DNA of 64,000 nt from Kiritimatiellia bacterium (GTDB taxonomy: Bacteria > Verrucomicrobiota > Kiritimatiellia > JAAZAB01): contig JBMNRV010000011.1 in the NCBI GenBank assembly GCA_050944835.1, positions 6,657 through 70,656 of the forward strand, written 5' to 3'. Every line of letters begins with the position of its first letter. Position 1 is the first letter of the stretch. This document shows, piece by piece, positions 1-9,627 of this stretch. The notes beneath the pieces were generated by a model. It saw only the letters and a program-made list of their open reading frames with translations. It searched no databases and was not told where the DNA came from. Both the position numbers and the translations under genes were made by a program.

Positions 1-1749
1 CAGCCTTTGCATGCTTTTGACCGGTCATTATTGCGCGGCGGGCAAATCCGGGTGCGGCGTGCCCGTGATGGGGAAATAATGGTCACGCTTGACGGTCTGA
101 CCCGCAAGCTCAATTCATCCATGTTAGTGATTGCCGATGCTGAGCGGCCAGTGGCGCTGGCGGGTATCATGGGTGGAGAAGACAGTGGCATCCATGACGC
201 TACCCGCACGGTGGTTTTGGAAAGCGCTTGCTTCCAACGCAGTCTTGTCCGCCGTACCGGGCAAGCCCTGGGGTTGACTTCCGAAGCTACTGCCAGATTT
301 GAGCGCGGTGTGGACGCTATGCAGACAGACTGGGCTGCTCAACGCGCGGTGTCGTTGATGATCCAGTTGACCGGTGCGCGGCTGGCGGCGGCGCCGATTG
401 ATGTTTTCCTGTTGCCGCCGTCTCCACACAAAATCAAGTGCCGTTTCGACCGCTTGCGGCAAGGTCTGGGGCTGGATATATCCGACGAAACAATAATTGC
501 TATTTTCACTTCATTGGAATTACAGGTGTCGGAGCGTAGCCAAGAAAGCTGTGTCGTTTGCGCGCCGACCTTCCGTCCTGATTTGGAAGGCGAAGCCGAT
601 TTACTGGAAGAGGTTGCCCGGATGCATGGGTTGGATAAGCTGCCGACGCCGTCGGAGTTCCGGCAAGCCGCTACGCATGAGTCGCATGCCAGGGCTATGG
701 CCGTTATGCGCTTAAGGGCGGATTTGACGGGCATGGGGCTTACGGAAATCATGAATTACAGCTTTACCGGAGCGCGCTTGCTGGATTTGTGCGATGATAG
801 TTATCCGGAAAGGCGTGTGCCGATCCCGAATCCGGTCAGCGCTGAACACGGCCTGTTACGCAATTCGTTACTGCCGCAAATGCTGGAAACATTAGGACTG
901 AATCGCGCTCGCCAAATTCAAAATGCCGCCTTTTTTGAAATCGGCCGTGTGTTCTTTATGCCGGATGCCGCCGCTGACGCCGGACATGTCGCCGATCGTC
1001 CACCGTCTGGCGCCGCAGCGTCAGATGCGCTGTTGGCCGTCGAGATGGAGGTTTTATCCCTGGGGTTAATGGGCGCTGTTGGGCGGCCACCCTTGGATCA
1101 GCAGCGGCCTGTGACTGATGAAGAGGCTTGGTTGTGGCTGAAAGGCATATTGACCAACTTATGCCACGTGTTGAAAATCAATTTACCTGACAGTGGACGC
1201 GGCCCGTTTCGCCATGCGGCCCTGCAATTTGTTCCGGCGGAGAATGCTCCGCCCGGTTTCGTTTGGCCGAATCGCGCTATGTTTGCGTCTGGCAGTGGTT
1301 TTGTGGTGATGCTGGCTGGGCGTCCGGTCGGCCGGGCCGGATTGATTAAGCCGGAATTGCGTCGGGAATGGCGGATACATGAGCCGTTGCCTGTGGCGGA
1401 GCTGGCTATGACGCCGTTGCTTGCCGGTGTGGATGCGGTGTGCTCACCTGAAGCGCTGCCGATATACCCATCTGTGCAGCGCGACTTGGCTATGCTTGTG
1501 CCGCCGTCTTTGACGCATGCCCGCGTTTTAGAGGTTATTGAAAAATTAGCAACACCGGAATTGACGGACATAAAACTTTTTGATATATTCAAAGGCAAGC
1601 AGATAGGAGCGGGTTATAAAAGCCTGGCTTATACGCTGACTTACCGTTCCGACGGTAAGACCTTGACGGATGAGGAAGTCAATGAAATGCATGCCATCAT
1701 CTTGAAAGGGTTACAGAAGGAATTGCAGGTGGAAATAAGGGTTGGATAG
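1..1749 (+). CDS. pheT: Phenylalanine--tRNA ligase beta subunit (5'-truncated by window)
   Basis: B3/B4 (ALAGIMGG, ARFERGVD), B5 (PTFRPDL..EADLLEEVARMHG) and C-terminal FDX-ACB domain (YPSVQRDLA, KSLAYTLTYR, TLTDEEVN). Confidence 0.97.
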   Translation, partial: QPLHAFDRSLLRGGQIRVRRARDGEIMVTLDGLTRKLNSSMLVIADAERPVALAGIMGGEDSGIHDATRTVVLESACFQRSLVRRTGQALGLTSEATARFERGVDAMQTDWAAQRAVSLMIQLTGARLAAAPIDVFLLPPSPHKIKCRFDRLRQGLGLDISDETIIAIFTSLELQVSERSQESCVVCAPTFRPDLEGEADLLEEVARMHGLDKLPTPSEFRQAATHESHARAMAVMRLRADLTGMGLTEIMNYSFTGARLLDLCDDSYPERRVPIPNPVSAEHGLLRNSLLPQMLETLGLNRARQIQNAAFFEIGRVFFMPDAAADAGHVADRPPSGAAASDALLAVEMEVLSLGLMGAVGRPPLDQQRPVTDEEAWLWLKGILTNLCHVLKINLPDSGRGPFRHAALQFVPAENAPPGFVWPNRAMFASGSGFVVMLAGRPVGRAGLIKPELRREWRIHEPLPVAELAMTPLLAGVDAVCSPEALPIYPSVQRDLAMLVPPSLTHARVLEVIEKLATPELTDIKLFDIFKGKQIGAGYKSLAYTLTYRSDGKTLTDEEVNEMHAIILKGLQKELQVEIRVG

Positions 1750-2074
1750 CGGTGTTTAGCCGAGAAAATCGGTCGTGCAGGGTTTGGGAAAGATTTTCAG
1801 CATGGCGAAATTGATAATATGTTTCTTCTCAGTTGCGCAGACTGTGATATGCGTTGCTGTTGCCGGCGTCAGGTGTTTGTGTTGGACGTCGGTTTTGCGG
1901 TCATATTCCGGGGGAATGGGTTTGGCGTGTGTCAAACCCGCAGTGTCACGTTGGCTCCCCGGGTTTATCATGCGGGATGGCGCCCGATATGCGCGGGGCT
2001 GTCCGCCATGTCTGTTCTTTCATAGTCAATCGGTTTTTGCCGTGCATCCGTAAGGATGATGCATTAAAAAGATC

Positions 2075-2253
2075 GAATACCCTGCCTGGTGCGTGGTTGG
2101 GCCTGTTTCTCTGACCCATTAACGATCAAACAGGGAGTCGGATGCAGATGGAAGCTGCATGCCCTTCACGGGGAAGCGGATTCTGGCTGCTATGGCGCCC
2201 ACTTGGTTTTATCGGAACAGATAAAGGTTCGTAACGGCCAAGGTGGGGTATTC
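2075..2253 (+). ncRNA. ssrS: 6S RNA
   Basis: 179-nt segment whose ends pair (GAATACCCTGCCTGG / CCAAGGTGGGGTATTC). It has 6S-like internal motifs (ATCAAACAGGGAG, GCCCAC, GGTTC), is followed by a T-run and lies upstream of a 5-FTHF cyclo-ligase/rny locus, a known ssrS context. Not confirmed by a covariance model. Confidence 0.8.
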
Positions 2254-2274
2254 CTTTTTTTATGGGCAAATGCG

Positions 2275-3651
2275 ATGGACTTTTTTGAAACAATCCCCGA
2301 GAACTTGCCGGCTAAAGCCCCCCTCGCCGCAAGAATGCGTCCGCGCACGCTGGATGAAATTATTGGACAGGATCATCTGCTTGCCCCGGGCATGCTCCTG
2401 CGTCGCGCTGTGGAATCCGACCGCCTCGGCAGTATCATTCTTTACGGGCCGCCAGGCTGCGGCAAGACATCGCTGGCCGAAGTGATAGCTGGGATTACCC
2501 GCCGCCGGTTTGAGCGGATCAGCGGCGTGATCGCTAATATCGCCACTTTGCGGGATATTTTGCAGACCGCTTCCCAGCGCCGTCAGCGCGATGGCACGGA
2601 AACTATCCTGTTCATTGACGAAATTCACCACTTTAACAAGTCGCAGCAGGATATTCTGCTGCCATATGTGGAAGAAGGCGCGGTCACGTTGATCGGCGCT
2701 ACGACGCATAACCCATTTTTCTTCATTAACAGCCCGTTGGTTTCACGCTCCCAGATTTTTGAATTACATGCGCTTAGCGAAGACTCCGTCAAACTGATTT
2801 TGCAGCGCGCTTTACAGGATGCCGAAAATGGCTTGGGATCGCGCAATATCCGCGCGGATGACGACGCTTTGGCGCATCTGAGCTCAGTCTGTGAAGGCGA
2901 TGTCCGCCGTGCATTGAATGCCTTGGAAATTGCCGCGCTGACAACGCCACCAGGCACGGATGGTGTTGTGCATATTACCCGGCGCGTCGCCGAAGAGTCC
3001 ATTCAGAAAAAGGCGATACTGTACGATCGTGACGAAGATGGACATTATGACACCATTTCCGCTTTTATCAAAAGTGTGCGCGGTTCCGATCCGCATGCCG
3101 CTATATACTGGCTGGCTAAAATGCTGGAGGCCGGCGAGGACCCGCGATTCATTGCCCGCCGTCTGATAATCCTGGCCTCTGAGGACATCGGCAATGCCGA
3201 TCCGCGGGGATTATTGATGGCCAATGCAGCCAAGGAAGCTGTGCTCTTTATCGGCATGCCCGAAGCGCGGATTGTTTTGGCTCAGGTAGTGACTTATCTG
3301 GCGTGTGCGCCGAAAAGCAATGCGTCATATATAGCGCTGGAGAAAGCCATGCAGGATGTCAAGAAGGGGCGGGTGCTGCCTGTGCCCAAGCACCTGCGCG
3401 GCGCCAATTATCGCGGCGCGGAAAAACTCGGCCATACCGGCTATCGCTATGCTCATGATTTTGAAGGCCACGTAGTGGATCAGGAGTATATCCCGACTTC
3501 CGCCGTGTATTACACGCCGGGAGATCAGGGATATGAAGTATATATCCGGCAGCAAATGGAACGCTGCGCGGAAATACGCCGCAAGCAAAGACAGGCGGCA
3601 CGCCAGGGCGCGAAGTCGGCCGGGAAGGAAAATGCGCCGCCGGATCGGTGA
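2275..3651 (+). CDS. rarA: Replication-associated recombination protein A (MgsA/RarA AAA+ ATPase)
   Basis: PLAARMRP, Walker A GPPGCGKT, FIDEIH, GATTHNP, HYDTISAFIKSVRGSD; start set at ATG 2275, downstream of the 6S RNA. Confidence 0.95.
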   Translation: MDFFETIPENLPAKAPLAARMRPRTLDEIIGQDHLLAPGMLLRRAVESDRLGSIILYGPPGCGKTSLAEVIAGITRRRFERISGVIANIATLRDILQTASQRRQRDGTETILFIDEIHHFNKSQQDILLPYVEEGAVTLIGATTHNPFFFINSPLVSRSQIFELHALSEDSVKLILQRALQDAENGLGSRNIRADDDALAHLSSVCEGDVRRALNALEIAALTTPPGTDGVVHITRRVAEESIQKKAILYDRDEDGHYDTISAFIKSVRGSDPHAAIYWLAKMLEAGEDPRFIARRLIILASEDIGNADPRGLLMANAAKEAVLFIGMPEARIVLAQVVTYLACAPKSNASYIALEKAMQDVKKGRVLPVPKHLRGANYRGAEKLGHTGYRYAHDFEGHVVDQEYIPTSAVYYTPGDQGYEVYIRQQMERCAEIRRKQRQAARQGAKSAGKENAPPDR

Positions 3652-3706
3652 GGTTTTGGTAATAAATTTTGAGAAAATAGATGTGCATGCACCTGGTGAC
3701 AGGTTG

Positions 3707-4285
3707 GTGACTGATGATAAAAGCGGGTTGCGCGCGAAAATGCGCCGCTGCCGCGTGGCGCTTTTGCCGACGCGCATCCGTGAGGACAGTATGGCCGCCC
3801 AAATGCGTCTGATGCAGCTGCCGGAATGGGTCGCCGCGCGCGCTGTATGTTGTTACTTGGCGGCGCCGCAGGAAACTCAAACCGATCTGTTAGTGGCCGA
3901 CTGTCACCAGCAGAGACGCCGGATATGCGTTCCGGCGTTTTGCCGCCGCCGCCGGCAGTATTTCCCGGCTTGGCTGTTGCCGGATACCGCATTGACGCCC
4001 GGCTACGGTGGAATTAATGAGCCGCGTGATCCGCAATGGGTGGCGGACGATGAAAAATTGGACTTGGCTGTGGCGCCCGGGCTGGCATTCGATCATGCCG
4101 GGATGCGTTTAGGTTATGGCGGTGGACATTATGACAGGCTGTTGGCGCTGCCGCCTTTGCGCCAAGCTTGGAAAATCGGATTGGCTTTTGAAATGCAGGT
4201 GGTGAAAAAATTGCCGGGCGAACCCTGGGACATTGCAATGGACACAGTGGTGACAGAGCTTGGCATGTATTGTAAACAAAAATGA
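3707..4285 (+). CDS. 5-formyltetrahydrofolate cyclo-ligase (YgfA family)
   Basis: K..LR N-terminus, GINEP, PGLAFD..GMRLGYGGGHYDR, EPWDIAMD; start codon uncertain (GTG 3707 chosen). Confidence 0.9.
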   Translation: MTDDKSGLRAKMRRCRVALLPTRIREDSMAAQMRLMQLPEWVAARAVCCYLAAPQETQTDLLVADCHQQRRRICVPAFCRRRRQYFPAWLLPDTALTPGYGGINEPRDPQWVADDEKLDLAVAPGLAFDHAGMRLGYGGGHYDRLLALPPLRQAWKIGLAFEMQVVKKLPGEPWDIAMDTVVTELGMYCKQK

Positions 4286-4305
4286 AAGAATGACGGAGGT
4301 TTATA

Positions 4306-5859
4306 ATGGCACAATGGTGGACCGGAGCGTTAGTGGTAATGCTGGCGGGCGCCTTGGGGTATTACATAAGATTGATCATTGGGCGCTACGCCGCTAAATC
4401 CTGCGAGCGTGAAGTACAGCGCATGCAGTCTGAAGCCAGCCGGGAGGCGGATAACATACGCAAGGAAGCGGCTTTACATGCCAAGAGTGAGGTGTTGAAG
4501 GCGCGAGAAGCCTTAGAAGAGGAAATCAAGCGCCGCCGCGGGGAAATGACAGCTCAGGAAGAGCGCATGAACCAACGGGAAGTCAATCTTGACCGTAAAG
4601 TCGCAATGATAGACAAGAAAAACTTGGCTATCGAACAGAAATTGGCCGAGGCGGAGAAAAAAGAAAAAGAATTGCAGCAGCAGCGTGATGAATGCGCAAA
4701 TCTGATTAAACAGGAAAAGGAAAAACTGCAACGCATTGCCGGGATGACGCCGGAAGAAGCCCGGCGGACGCTTATGGCGCGTGTGGAAGAGGAAATCCGC
4801 GGTGAAACTGGAATGCTGATCCGCCGCCGACAGGAGGAAGCCCGGCAGACTGCTGAACGCGAAGCCCGGCGCATTGTCGCTACCGCCATCCAGCGGTATG
4901 CGCTCAGTCATTCCGCGGAATTAATGACCAGCACCGTTACTCTGCCCAGTGATGACATGAAGGGGCGGATCATCGGACGCGAAGGGCGCAACATCCGCGC
5001 CTTGGAAGCCGCCACCGGTGTGGATTTGCTGGTGGACGATACGCCGGAAGCCGTGGTGATTTCGGCTTTCGATCCCATGCGCCGGGAAATCGCCCGGCAA
5101 ATCCTGGAACGTCTGATTGCCGATGGCCGCATCCATCCGGCGCGCATTGAGGAAATCACGGCTAAGGTTAATGAGGAAATTGAAGAAACCATTCGGACGA
5201 CCGGCGAGGAAGCGGTTTTTGCTGTCGGTATCCAGAGCGTGAATCCGGAGCTGATCCGCAACTTGGGCCGTTTGAAATTCCGCAGCAGCTACAGCCAGAA
5301 CGTATTAAACCATTCCTTGGAAGTGGCGCATTTGATGGGGATCATGGCCGGTGAAATGGGGTTGGATGCCATGTTGGCCAAACGGATTGGTGTGTTCCAT
5401 GACATCGGCAAGTCGCTGGACAGCGAAGTGGAAGGCAACCATGCCCTGATCGGAGCCGATTTGCTGCGCCGACACGGAGAAAACCAAGTGGTGGTCAACG
5501 CTGTGGCCGCACATCATGAGGATGTGCCGGCAGAAAGCATCTATGCCATTCTGGCGGCGGCGGCGGACGCCATTTCCGCCGCGCGCCCGGGCGCACGCGC
5601 GGAAACCAGCGCGATCTATGTCAAGCGCCTGGAACAGCTGGAAGCCATCGCAAACGGTGTGACTGGTGTGGAAAAATCATATGCCATCCAAGCCGGCCGC
5701 GAAGTACGAGTGATAGTGCAATCCGATAAGGTGGACGACGCCGGCGCCATGCATCGCGCGCGGGAAATCAGCAAAAAAATCGAACAGGAGCTGCAATATC
5801 CCGGACAAATCCGCGTGACGGTGATTCGGGAAACCCGCTTCGTTGAGTATGCCCGATAA
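4306..5859 (+). CDS. rny: Ribonuclease Y
   Basis: N-terminal TM helix, coiled coil, KH (KGRIIGREGRNIR), HD (HDIGK), C-terminal YAIQAGREVRV; RBS GGAGG. Confidence 0.97.
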   Translation: MAQWWTGALVVMLAGALGYYIRLIIGRYAAKSCEREVQRMQSEASREADNIRKEAALHAKSEVLKAREALEEEIKRRRGEMTAQEERMNQREVNLDRKVAMIDKKNLAIEQKLAEAEKKEKELQQQRDECANLIKQEKEKLQRIAGMTPEEARRTLMARVEEEIRGETGMLIRRRQEEARQTAEREARRIVATAIQRYALSHSAELMTSTVTLPSDDMKGRIIGREGRNIRALEAATGVDLLVDDTPEAVVISAFDPMRREIARQILERLIADGRIHPARIEEITAKVNEEIEETIRTTGEEAVFAVGIQSVNPELIRNLGRLKFRSSYSQNVLNHSLEVAHLMGIMAGEMGLDAMLAKRIGVFHDIGKSLDSEVEGNHALIGADLLRRHGENQVVVNAVAAHHEDVPAESIYAILAAAADAISAARPGARAETSAIYVKRLEQLEAIANGVTGVEKSYAIQAGREVRVIVQSDKVDDAGAMHRAREISKKIEQELQYPGQIRVTVIRETRFVEYAR

Positions 5860-5869
5860 CAGCGCGCGG

Positions 5870-6337
5870 TCAATTTGTGCTGGTTGGGGTCAAGGGAATG
5901 TGCGTAATGTAAGCTTCGGCGGTGGTTTCAACATTGGTCGGCGTTTGATTGGTGCCGCGGTTGCCGGTCGCCCCCTCGCTGGTGTTGTCTGAAAAAAATG
6001 ACGATACCTTTACTACTTGCAATTGCGGCAGGGCGACCGGTTGCACCAAGCTGGTGTACTGCACTTGGTTGCCGCGATAGGTGTTCAACATGCCGATCTC
6101 GCGGTTGGACAGCGACCACCGGTAATTATAGCCACCGTAGGCAGTGAGCGTTATGGTTTGCCCGACATGATTGACGTGTGCGGAAGACGGATCAATATTG
6201 ACGGAAGAATCAGCCGAGTCAACTTCACAGCCGACGCCGGCCAGCAGCAGCGCCACTGCGCCCGCCGACAATAATAGACCCCTGCGTCCAACAGCCCGGG
6301 ATGAAATCGTTTTACAAGCTCTGAAAAATCTGTTCAT
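5870..6337 (-). CDS. Hypothetical lipoprotein, beta-rich (possibly Ig-like)
   Basis: Basic N-region, hydrophobic stretch and lipobox-like LLAGVGC; convergent with rny. Confidence 0.6.
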   Translation of the reverse strand: MNRFFRACKTISSRAVGRRGLLLSAGAVALLLAGVGCEVDSADSSVNIDPSSAHVNHVGQTITLTAYGGYNYRWSLSNREIGMLNTYRGNQVQYTSLVQPVALPQLQVVKVSSFFSDNTSEGATGNRGTNQTPTNVETTAEAYITHIPLTPTSTN

Positions 6338-6413
6338 GGTGTAGTAACTCCGCAGTATTAACCTGTCTGATAGCCGCAAGGTAGTATAAATTGCGCGTTA
6401 GCCAAGTCAAACT

Positions 6414-7475
6414 TTATCCAGGGATAAAACTTTCGCGTCCAGTGAGCGCCAGGATGGTTTCCGCCAGCAGTTTGACCGCGTTATCCAGATCGCGTAACGA
6501 GATGACTTCCACCGGCGAGTGCATGTAACGGTTAGGAATGCTGACCAGAGCGGCGGCGCAGCCGCCGCGCGCGAGTTGCATGACATTGGCGTCGGTGCCA
6601 GTGCCGCGCGGTTCAGATTGCATTTGGTATTTGATGCGGCATCGGCGCGCAGTGTCGCAAAGCATCTGACCCAACACGGGGTTGATGTTCGGGCCGCGAT
6701 GCAGAATTGGTCCGAGGCCCAGGCTGATGTCGCCGGTTTTCTTAGGGTTGCCACCGGGAAAATCAGAGGTGAAGCCGACATCAACGGCAATGCCGATATG
6801 CGGCTGTATGTTATAGGCGCTTGTAACCGCGCCGCGCAAGCCGATCTCTTCCTGCACGGTGGAGACGGCATGCACCGCCACGTTCAACTTTTTGCCACGC
6901 AATGCGCCCAGTGTTTCCGTAATCACCCAAGCGCCGCAGCGGTCGTCAAAAGCCCGGCCGGCTGCCAGGTTGTTGCGCATTTCGACAAAATCGCCTACTA
7001 CCACCACGGAGTCGCCAATTTCCACCGCCTTTAACGCGTCCTTACGATCCTTGGCGCCGATGTCAATCCAGAGCTCATCAAGTTTGATGGCTTTATTGCG
7101 GTCTTCCGGTTGAAGCAGATGTATCGGTTTCCGTCCGATGACGCCACGCACATCGCCGTGGCGGGTGCGGATGCTGACGTGCTGCCCCACGGCGATCGGG
7201 GCATCCCAACCGCCGATGGCGGCAAAATAGATAAAGCCTTTTTCGTCAACATGGGTAATCATCAATCCGATTTCATCCACATGCCCGGCCAGCATGACGC
7301 GGACTGCGGCCTTGGGGTTCAGGACGCCGGACACATTGCCATGCACATCCGTGTGTACGTTGTCGGTGAATTTTTTCATCCGGGCGCGGATGATTTTCTG
7401 GGCCGGCGCCTCAAATCCGGAAGGCGATGGTTGTTGCATTAATTCACGCAGAAATTTCAGGCGGTCAGATTGCAT
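6414..7475 (-). CDS. M42 family metallo-aminopeptidase
   Basis: AGHVDEIG, FDDRCG, QEEIGLRGA, GTDA, YMHSPVE. Confidence 0.93.
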   Translation of the reverse strand: MQSDRLKFLRELMQQPSPSGFEAPAQKIIRARMKKFTDNVHTDVHGNVSGVLNPKAAVRVMLAGHVDEIGLMITHVDEKGFIYFAAIGGWDAPIAVGQHVSIRTRHGDVRGVIGRKPIHLLQPEDRNKAIKLDELWIDIGAKDRKDALKAVEIGDSVVVVGDFVEMRNNLAAGRAFDDRCGAWVITETLGALRGKKLNVAVHAVSTVQEEIGLRGAVTSAYNIQPHIGIAVDVGFTSDFPGGNPKKTGDISLGLGPILHRGPNINPVLGQMLCDTARRCRIKYQMQSEPRGTGTDANVMQLARGGCAAALVSIPNRYMHSPVEVISLRDLDNAVKLLAETILALTGRESFIPG

Positions 7476-7591
7476 GCTTATTCTCCTATGTATAAAACAG
7501 CCGCGCCGGCGTGGTGATGATTGCCAGCCTCAATAAGGCAGACTATTGCAAACACGGTTGCATATGTCAAGCTTGCCAGCGCAGTCTTGAT

Positions 7592-8049
7592 GGGGGGAGA
7601 ACCACGGATGGACACGGATGAACACTGATGGAGGAGGAGCAAGATAAACCGCCAAGACGCCAAGAAAATGAGAGAATGAAACCGCAGATCCCGGATAATT
7701 GGCCACAAAGATGCAGGCACAAAGGGATAGGACTTAACCGCCAAGAAGACGCCAAGGATGCCAAGGTGGTAGAAAAGGATTTGCCACGAACCCATGCTGC
7801 GCTGACCGGCATCTGCCGGTCTGGCGGATCGGCTGACACCCTGATACGCGAATTCATTCGTGTATCCGGGTGTCCACCGATCCATGTCCGCATAGCGGAC
7901 AGCGCGGCATTTGTGGCTAATCCTTTCCCTATCCGTGTCCATCCGTGTGCATCCGTGGTTCTTTCCCTCCGATTTTCCTTTCCTCATCTGCGTCCATCTG
8001 CGGTCTCAATACTTTATCTCGTTTCCTGAATTTCAAATGCCGTTTTTAG
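7592..8049. repeat. Composite modular intergenic repeat, copy L1 (contains 117-bp hairpin core 7794-7910)
   Basis: Near-identical to 8962-9365 over most of its length; left modules AACCACGGAT, AACCGCAGAT and GCCACAAA have inverted partners on the right. Confidence 0.9.
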
Positions 8050-8847
8050 GCGCAGGGTGAGGCCATCTCTTGCGGCGCATGCGCCGGGAAAGGCTTTGCG
8101 CACGGCACGAGCGATGGCATCAATTTGACGGTCGGAGCGGGTAGGATCGTGGTGGGTCAGGATTAATTTCCGGACACCGGCGGCGCGCGCCAGATGCACT
8201 CCATGTTTCCATGTGCCGTGCCCCCAACCACGCCGGTGCGGATATTCACGTGGTGTGAATTGAGCGTCAAAAATCAAGCAATCGGCATTCCGGCAAAATT
8301 GGATGAATTGCGCATCAATCGGGCCGGCATCCGGTTCGTAATCCGTGGCGATTACAATCGTGTGGCTCGGAGTGTCCAGACGGTAAGCCAGGCATGGCTG
8401 CGGATGCGGTACTGGCATCCAGGTGACGCGGATACCGAACAAGGTCAGGCGCCCGGACGTTGGCAATTCGCGCCAACTGATTCGCGCGCCAAGCCGGTCA
8501 AGTTGCAAGGGCCAATAGGGTGGGGCGGTCAGCCGCCGTAAAGCCGCTCGCTGGGGGCCATCCACCAGAAAAGTAACGCGCGCTTGTGGTTGATACAACG
8601 GCGCAAATGTCGGCAGCCCCACGATGTGATCAAGGTGCAGATGCGTAAAAAAAACAGCGATTGGCAGGTTGGCTGGTGTGTCCCGTCCGGCTTGGATTGC
8701 GCCGGTGCCGGCGTCGAACATCAGCAGCCCGCCGGGCGCGCGCATGGTAAAGCAGGTGGTATGCCCGCCATAGCGGCGGAATTTTGCGCCGCACACCGGG
8801 TGAGTGCCACGTGTGCCGTAAATCGTAAAACTGTATTCATCCGCCAT
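8014..8847 (-). CDS. MBL-fold metallo-hydrolase (RNase Z/BN-like)
   Basis: YGTRGT, YGGHTTC, FDAGTG, THLHLDH, GWGHG, LTHHDP. Confidence 0.9.
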   Translation of the reverse strand: MADEYSFTIYGTRGTHPVCGAKFRRYGGHTTCFTMRAPGGLLMFDAGTGAIQAGRDTPANLPIAVFFTHLHLDHIVGLPTFAPLYQPQARVTFLVDGPQRAALRRLTAPPYWPLQLDRLGARISWRELPTSGRLTLFGIRVTWMPVPHPQPCLAYRLDTPSHTIVIATDYEPDAGPIDAQFIQFCRNADCLIFDAQFTPREYPHRRGWGHGTWKHGVHLARAAGVRKLILTHHDPTRSDRQIDAIARAVRKAFPGACAARDGLTLRLKTAFEIQETR

Positions 8848-8888
8848 AGGGGCATCCTGTCCAAGGAGGTGGTTTTCTAATCCTGGAA

Positions 8889-8917
8889 AGCCTAAGCCAT
8901 GATCGCGAGAATGTCAA
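8889..8917 (-). promoter_or_regulatory. Putative sigma70 promoter for the MBL gene
   Basis: TTGACA-17 bp-TAGGCT on the minus strand, ~40 bp upstream of the start. Confidence 0.45.
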
Positions 8918-8939
8918 AAAAATATCGGCATACTTGAAT

Positions 8940-9365
8940 CTAAAAACCTAATGTTGGCAACGGGGGAGAACCACGGATGGACACGGATGAACACTGATGG
9001 AGGAGGAGCGAGATAACCGCCAAGAAAATGAGAGAATGAAACCGCAGATCCCGGATAATTGGCCACAAAGAGGCACAAGATTCACAAGATTTTTCAGAAC
9101 ACGCTGCGCTGACCGGCATCTGCCGGTCTGGCGGATCGGCTGACACCCTGATACGCGAATTCATTCGTGTATCTGGGTGTCCACCGATCCATGTCCGCAT
9201 AGCGGACAGCGCGGCATTTGTGGCTAATCCTTTCCCTATCCGTGTCCATCCGTGTGCATCCGTGGTTCTTTTCCTCCGGTTCTCCTCTCCTCATCTGCGC
9301 CAATCTGCGTCCATCTGCGGTTTCAACTTTTTATCTAGTTTCCTGAATTTCAAATGTCGTTTTAG
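8940..9365. mobile_element. Composite modular repeat L2, putative MITE with imperfect terminal inverted repeats (core 9101-9217)
   Basis: Direct copy of L1; ends CTAAAAAC..GTTGGCAA and TTTCAAATGTCGTTTTAG. The repeat is directly seen; mobility is inferred. Confidence 0.6.
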
Positions 9366-9627
9366 CGGAAAAGGGTTGCAAATCTTCTTCAACATAGTGT
9401 ATTTTACCGTTGAATATTTCTTCTGGAAAACTGATCGAGTTTCGTATAGCGTCGGATTGCTTTTTCTGGTGTAGCGGCCAGACTACATAACCACATATAA
9501 AGGCGGACTGAACGGGAAATTTTGATAGTTATTCGAATCGGCATCACTTTCAGGCAGCCAATGCCAGAAAGTATTGGATATTATTCAATCATTTTTCGGG
9601 AACACATCAACCCTGGTAAGGCTAAAA

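Noticed and set aside
960-1290. Ala/Pro-rich insertions in PheT as an intein or mobile insert
   Set aside because: Short, lacking intein terminal motifs and unrelated to the repeat modules; probably loop expansions.
7478-8029. ORFs such as 7478-7987, 7567-7893, 8940-9200, 21820-22219, 27551-27869 and 35359-35848 that share peptides (NHGCTRMDTD, GHPDTRMNSR, PPVWL repeats)
   Set aside because: They are translations of the non-coding repeat modules in differing frames and strands, with no consistent start, RBS or length.
7592-9365. Integron cassette array (repeats as attC sites)
   Set aside because: No integrase in the window; ends do not consistently fit RYYYAAC/GTTRRRY; the repeats also border housekeeping genes and genes with their own promoters.
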